A stretch of 6,779 nucleotides of DNA, from positions 1-6,779 of IMG/VR virus record IMGVR_UViG_2693429713_000022; one strand, given 5' to 3'. Under the pieces are notes generated by a model. The model was not told the origin of the DNA. It did no database searches and was given only the letters and a program-made list of their open reading frames with translations. Position 1 is the first letter of the stretch. The number at the start of each line of letters is the position of its first letter. Both the position numbers and the translations under genes were made by a program. Of the stretch, positions 5,590 through 6,779 are shown one piece after another. This DNA comes from a virus (taxonomy: Duplodnaviria; Heunggongvirae; Uroviricota; Caudoviricetes).

Positions 5590-5719
5590 TCTTTCACACT
5601 TGAGAGCCGCGGCTCCTTTGCGTATCCTTTTTTGTCTCCTCACCGTCTGGTCGGTGTCCTGCTGAGACTGCTAACTTCCTGTTTTTGTTGGTGTTGTCCT
5701 TACACCGTCCAATCATGAT

Positions 5720-6082
5720 TGGTGGAGCTGGCGGGAGTTGAACCCGCGTCCGAAATTCCTACATCCTCGGTACTACATGCTTAGTCAGTCTTTACATTCG
5801 CTTGCCAGCTGCGGACGGACACGCCACTAACAAACTAGCCTGATTAAGTTTTAACGCTTCAACCCCAGGCAGGGCTTCCACGCGATCTCTTTTGGGTTTG
5901 ACCTCTCTTGATCCCCGTCCTAAGAGCGGAGGCTAGGGAGAGAGGGCTCTAAGCAGGTTATTAAGCTGCTAAAGCGTAGTTTTCGTCGTTTGCGACTATT
6001 TTTTGCGGCTTTTTACGAGGCCAACCGCCCCTCGGCATGCACCTTGGGTTTCGCAAATCCCGTCGAATCCAGAATCAGCCCC
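5720..6082 (-). ncRNA. ssrA: tmRNA (SsrA), 363 nt
   Basis: Reverse complement of 6059-6082 is GGGGCTGATTCTGGATTCGACGGG (tmRNA 5' end) and of 5720-5760 ends ...GGGTTCAACTCCCGCCAGCTCCACCA (tRNA-like 3' end with CCA). The tag reading frame GCAAACGACGAAAACTACGCTTTAGCAGCTTAA (ANDENYALAA-stop) is the reverse complement of 5961-5993. Matches the E. coli-type tmRNA as I remember it along its length. Confidence 0.95.
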
Positions 6083-6096
6083 AATGTGTAAAGGTA

Positions 6097-6102
6097 AGTA
6101 TA
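6097..6102 (-). promoter_or_regulatory. Possible -10 element (TATACT) of the ssrA promoter
   Basis: TATACT on the minus strand about 14 nt upstream of the mature tmRNA 5' end, consistent with a short processed leader. I found no convincing -35, so this is tentative. Confidence 0.3.
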
Positions 6103-6296
6103 CCAGATTTATGAGCGCCATGACCAGCCTCAATGGCGTTATCGTTAAAGATTTAGCACCCATGTAGCCTGATTTTTATTCGATTAAGCAATGGGATGGC
6201 AACATTTGTGTCGGATGTGATAGCCAATAAGATGTTGATTCGCGCCGCCGGAGAGGGAGGCGCGGTGAGGAACTGGTCAATAATTGGAGTGCAGGT

Positions 6297-6779
6297 TTAA
6301 CGGTGGGCGTTTTTCATGATACGTGCTTTATCCACCTGCCATTCGCGTTCTTTGATATCTGAACGTTTATCGTGCTGTTTTTTACCTTTGGCGACGCCGA
6401 TTTTCACTTTGCACCAGGCATTTTTCCAGTACAGGGAGAGCGCCACTACGGTATAGCCTTCTCGATTGACGCGACCGTACAATGAGTCCAGTTCGCGCTG
6501 GTTGAGAAGTAACTTGCGGGTACGGGTAGGATCGCACACCACATGCGTGGAGGCCACGGCCATTGGCGTGATGTTAGCGCCAAACAGAAATGCCTCTCCG
6601 TCACGCAGAAGGACGTAGCTGTCGCTGATATTGGCTTTTCCTGCGCGCAGGGATTTAACCTCCCAGCCTTGCAGGGCAAGTCCCGCTTCGAACTCTTCTT
6701 CGATAAAGTATTCGTGACGGGCGCGCTTGTTAAGCGCGATGGTCGCTGAACCAGGTTTATGTGCTTTTTTCTTCGTCAT
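6297..6779 (-). CDS. smpB: SsrA-binding protein SmpB, 160 aa
   Basis: Full-length [75 protein letters not shown]... with the start codon at the last three bases of the window (6777-6779). Directly upstream of ssrA on the same strand, the canonical smpB-ssrA arrangement. Confidence 0.95.

Larger units (their letters stand above)
1..5600. mobile_element. Prophage-like island end: invertible tail-fibre module, Din-family invertase and cargo genes, abutting ssrA
   Basis: Phage tail-fibre and Tfa genes plus a Pin-family invertase, followed by AT-rich unassigned genes, directly flanking the 3' end of ssrA, a classic integration hotspot. The exact island boundary is not determinable from the window (somewhere in 5511-5719). 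Confidence 0.7.

Noticed and set aside
5596-5719. Possible att core or direct repeat of the ssrA 3' end marking the island boundary
   Set aside because: By eye I could not find a second copy of the ssrA 3'-terminal sequence elsewhere in the window. Not an absence claim: a self-alignment of the 3'-terminal 20-50 nt of ssrA against the full contig is needed.
6446-6749. Two ORFs (77 aa minus, 68 aa plus) overlapping smpB
   Set aside because: Nested within a conserved, confidently identified gene; spurious frames.
1-6779. CRISPR arrays or other short regularly spaced direct repeats
   Set aside because: None seen on reading through; the only long repeat is the 618-bp inverted pair, and the hairpins found are terminator-like.

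Overview
The window spans the junction between a conserved core locus (smpB and the tmRNA gene ssrA, both on the minus strand, 5720-6779) and the tail-fibre/invertase/cargo end of a prophage-like island (1 to about 5600). From left to right the island holds: (i) an e14/Mu/P1-style invertible tail-fibre region with two Tfa-family chaperone genes, tail-fibre C-terminal cassettes, a 618-bp inverted repeat (1-618 vs 2347-2964) and three candidate Din-type crossover sites, two complete and one cut by the window edge; (ii) a Pin/Gin/Cin/Hin-family serine DNA invertase (3033-3587); (iii) a 70-aa ORF with a strong ribosome-binding site; (iv) an AT-rich, terminator-bounded two-gene operon on the minus strand (a 343-aa protein with a central hydrophobic segment, then a 114-aa mildly acidic protein) that I cannot assign to any family I know. 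That operon occupies the slot where e14 carries mcrA and is my best candidate for an undescribed cargo system (defence/exclusion or toxin-immunity); this is a hypothesis from position and composition, not from homology. No integrase, tRNA, rRNA or CRISPR array was seen. All homology statements rest on motif recognition and memory, not on searches.
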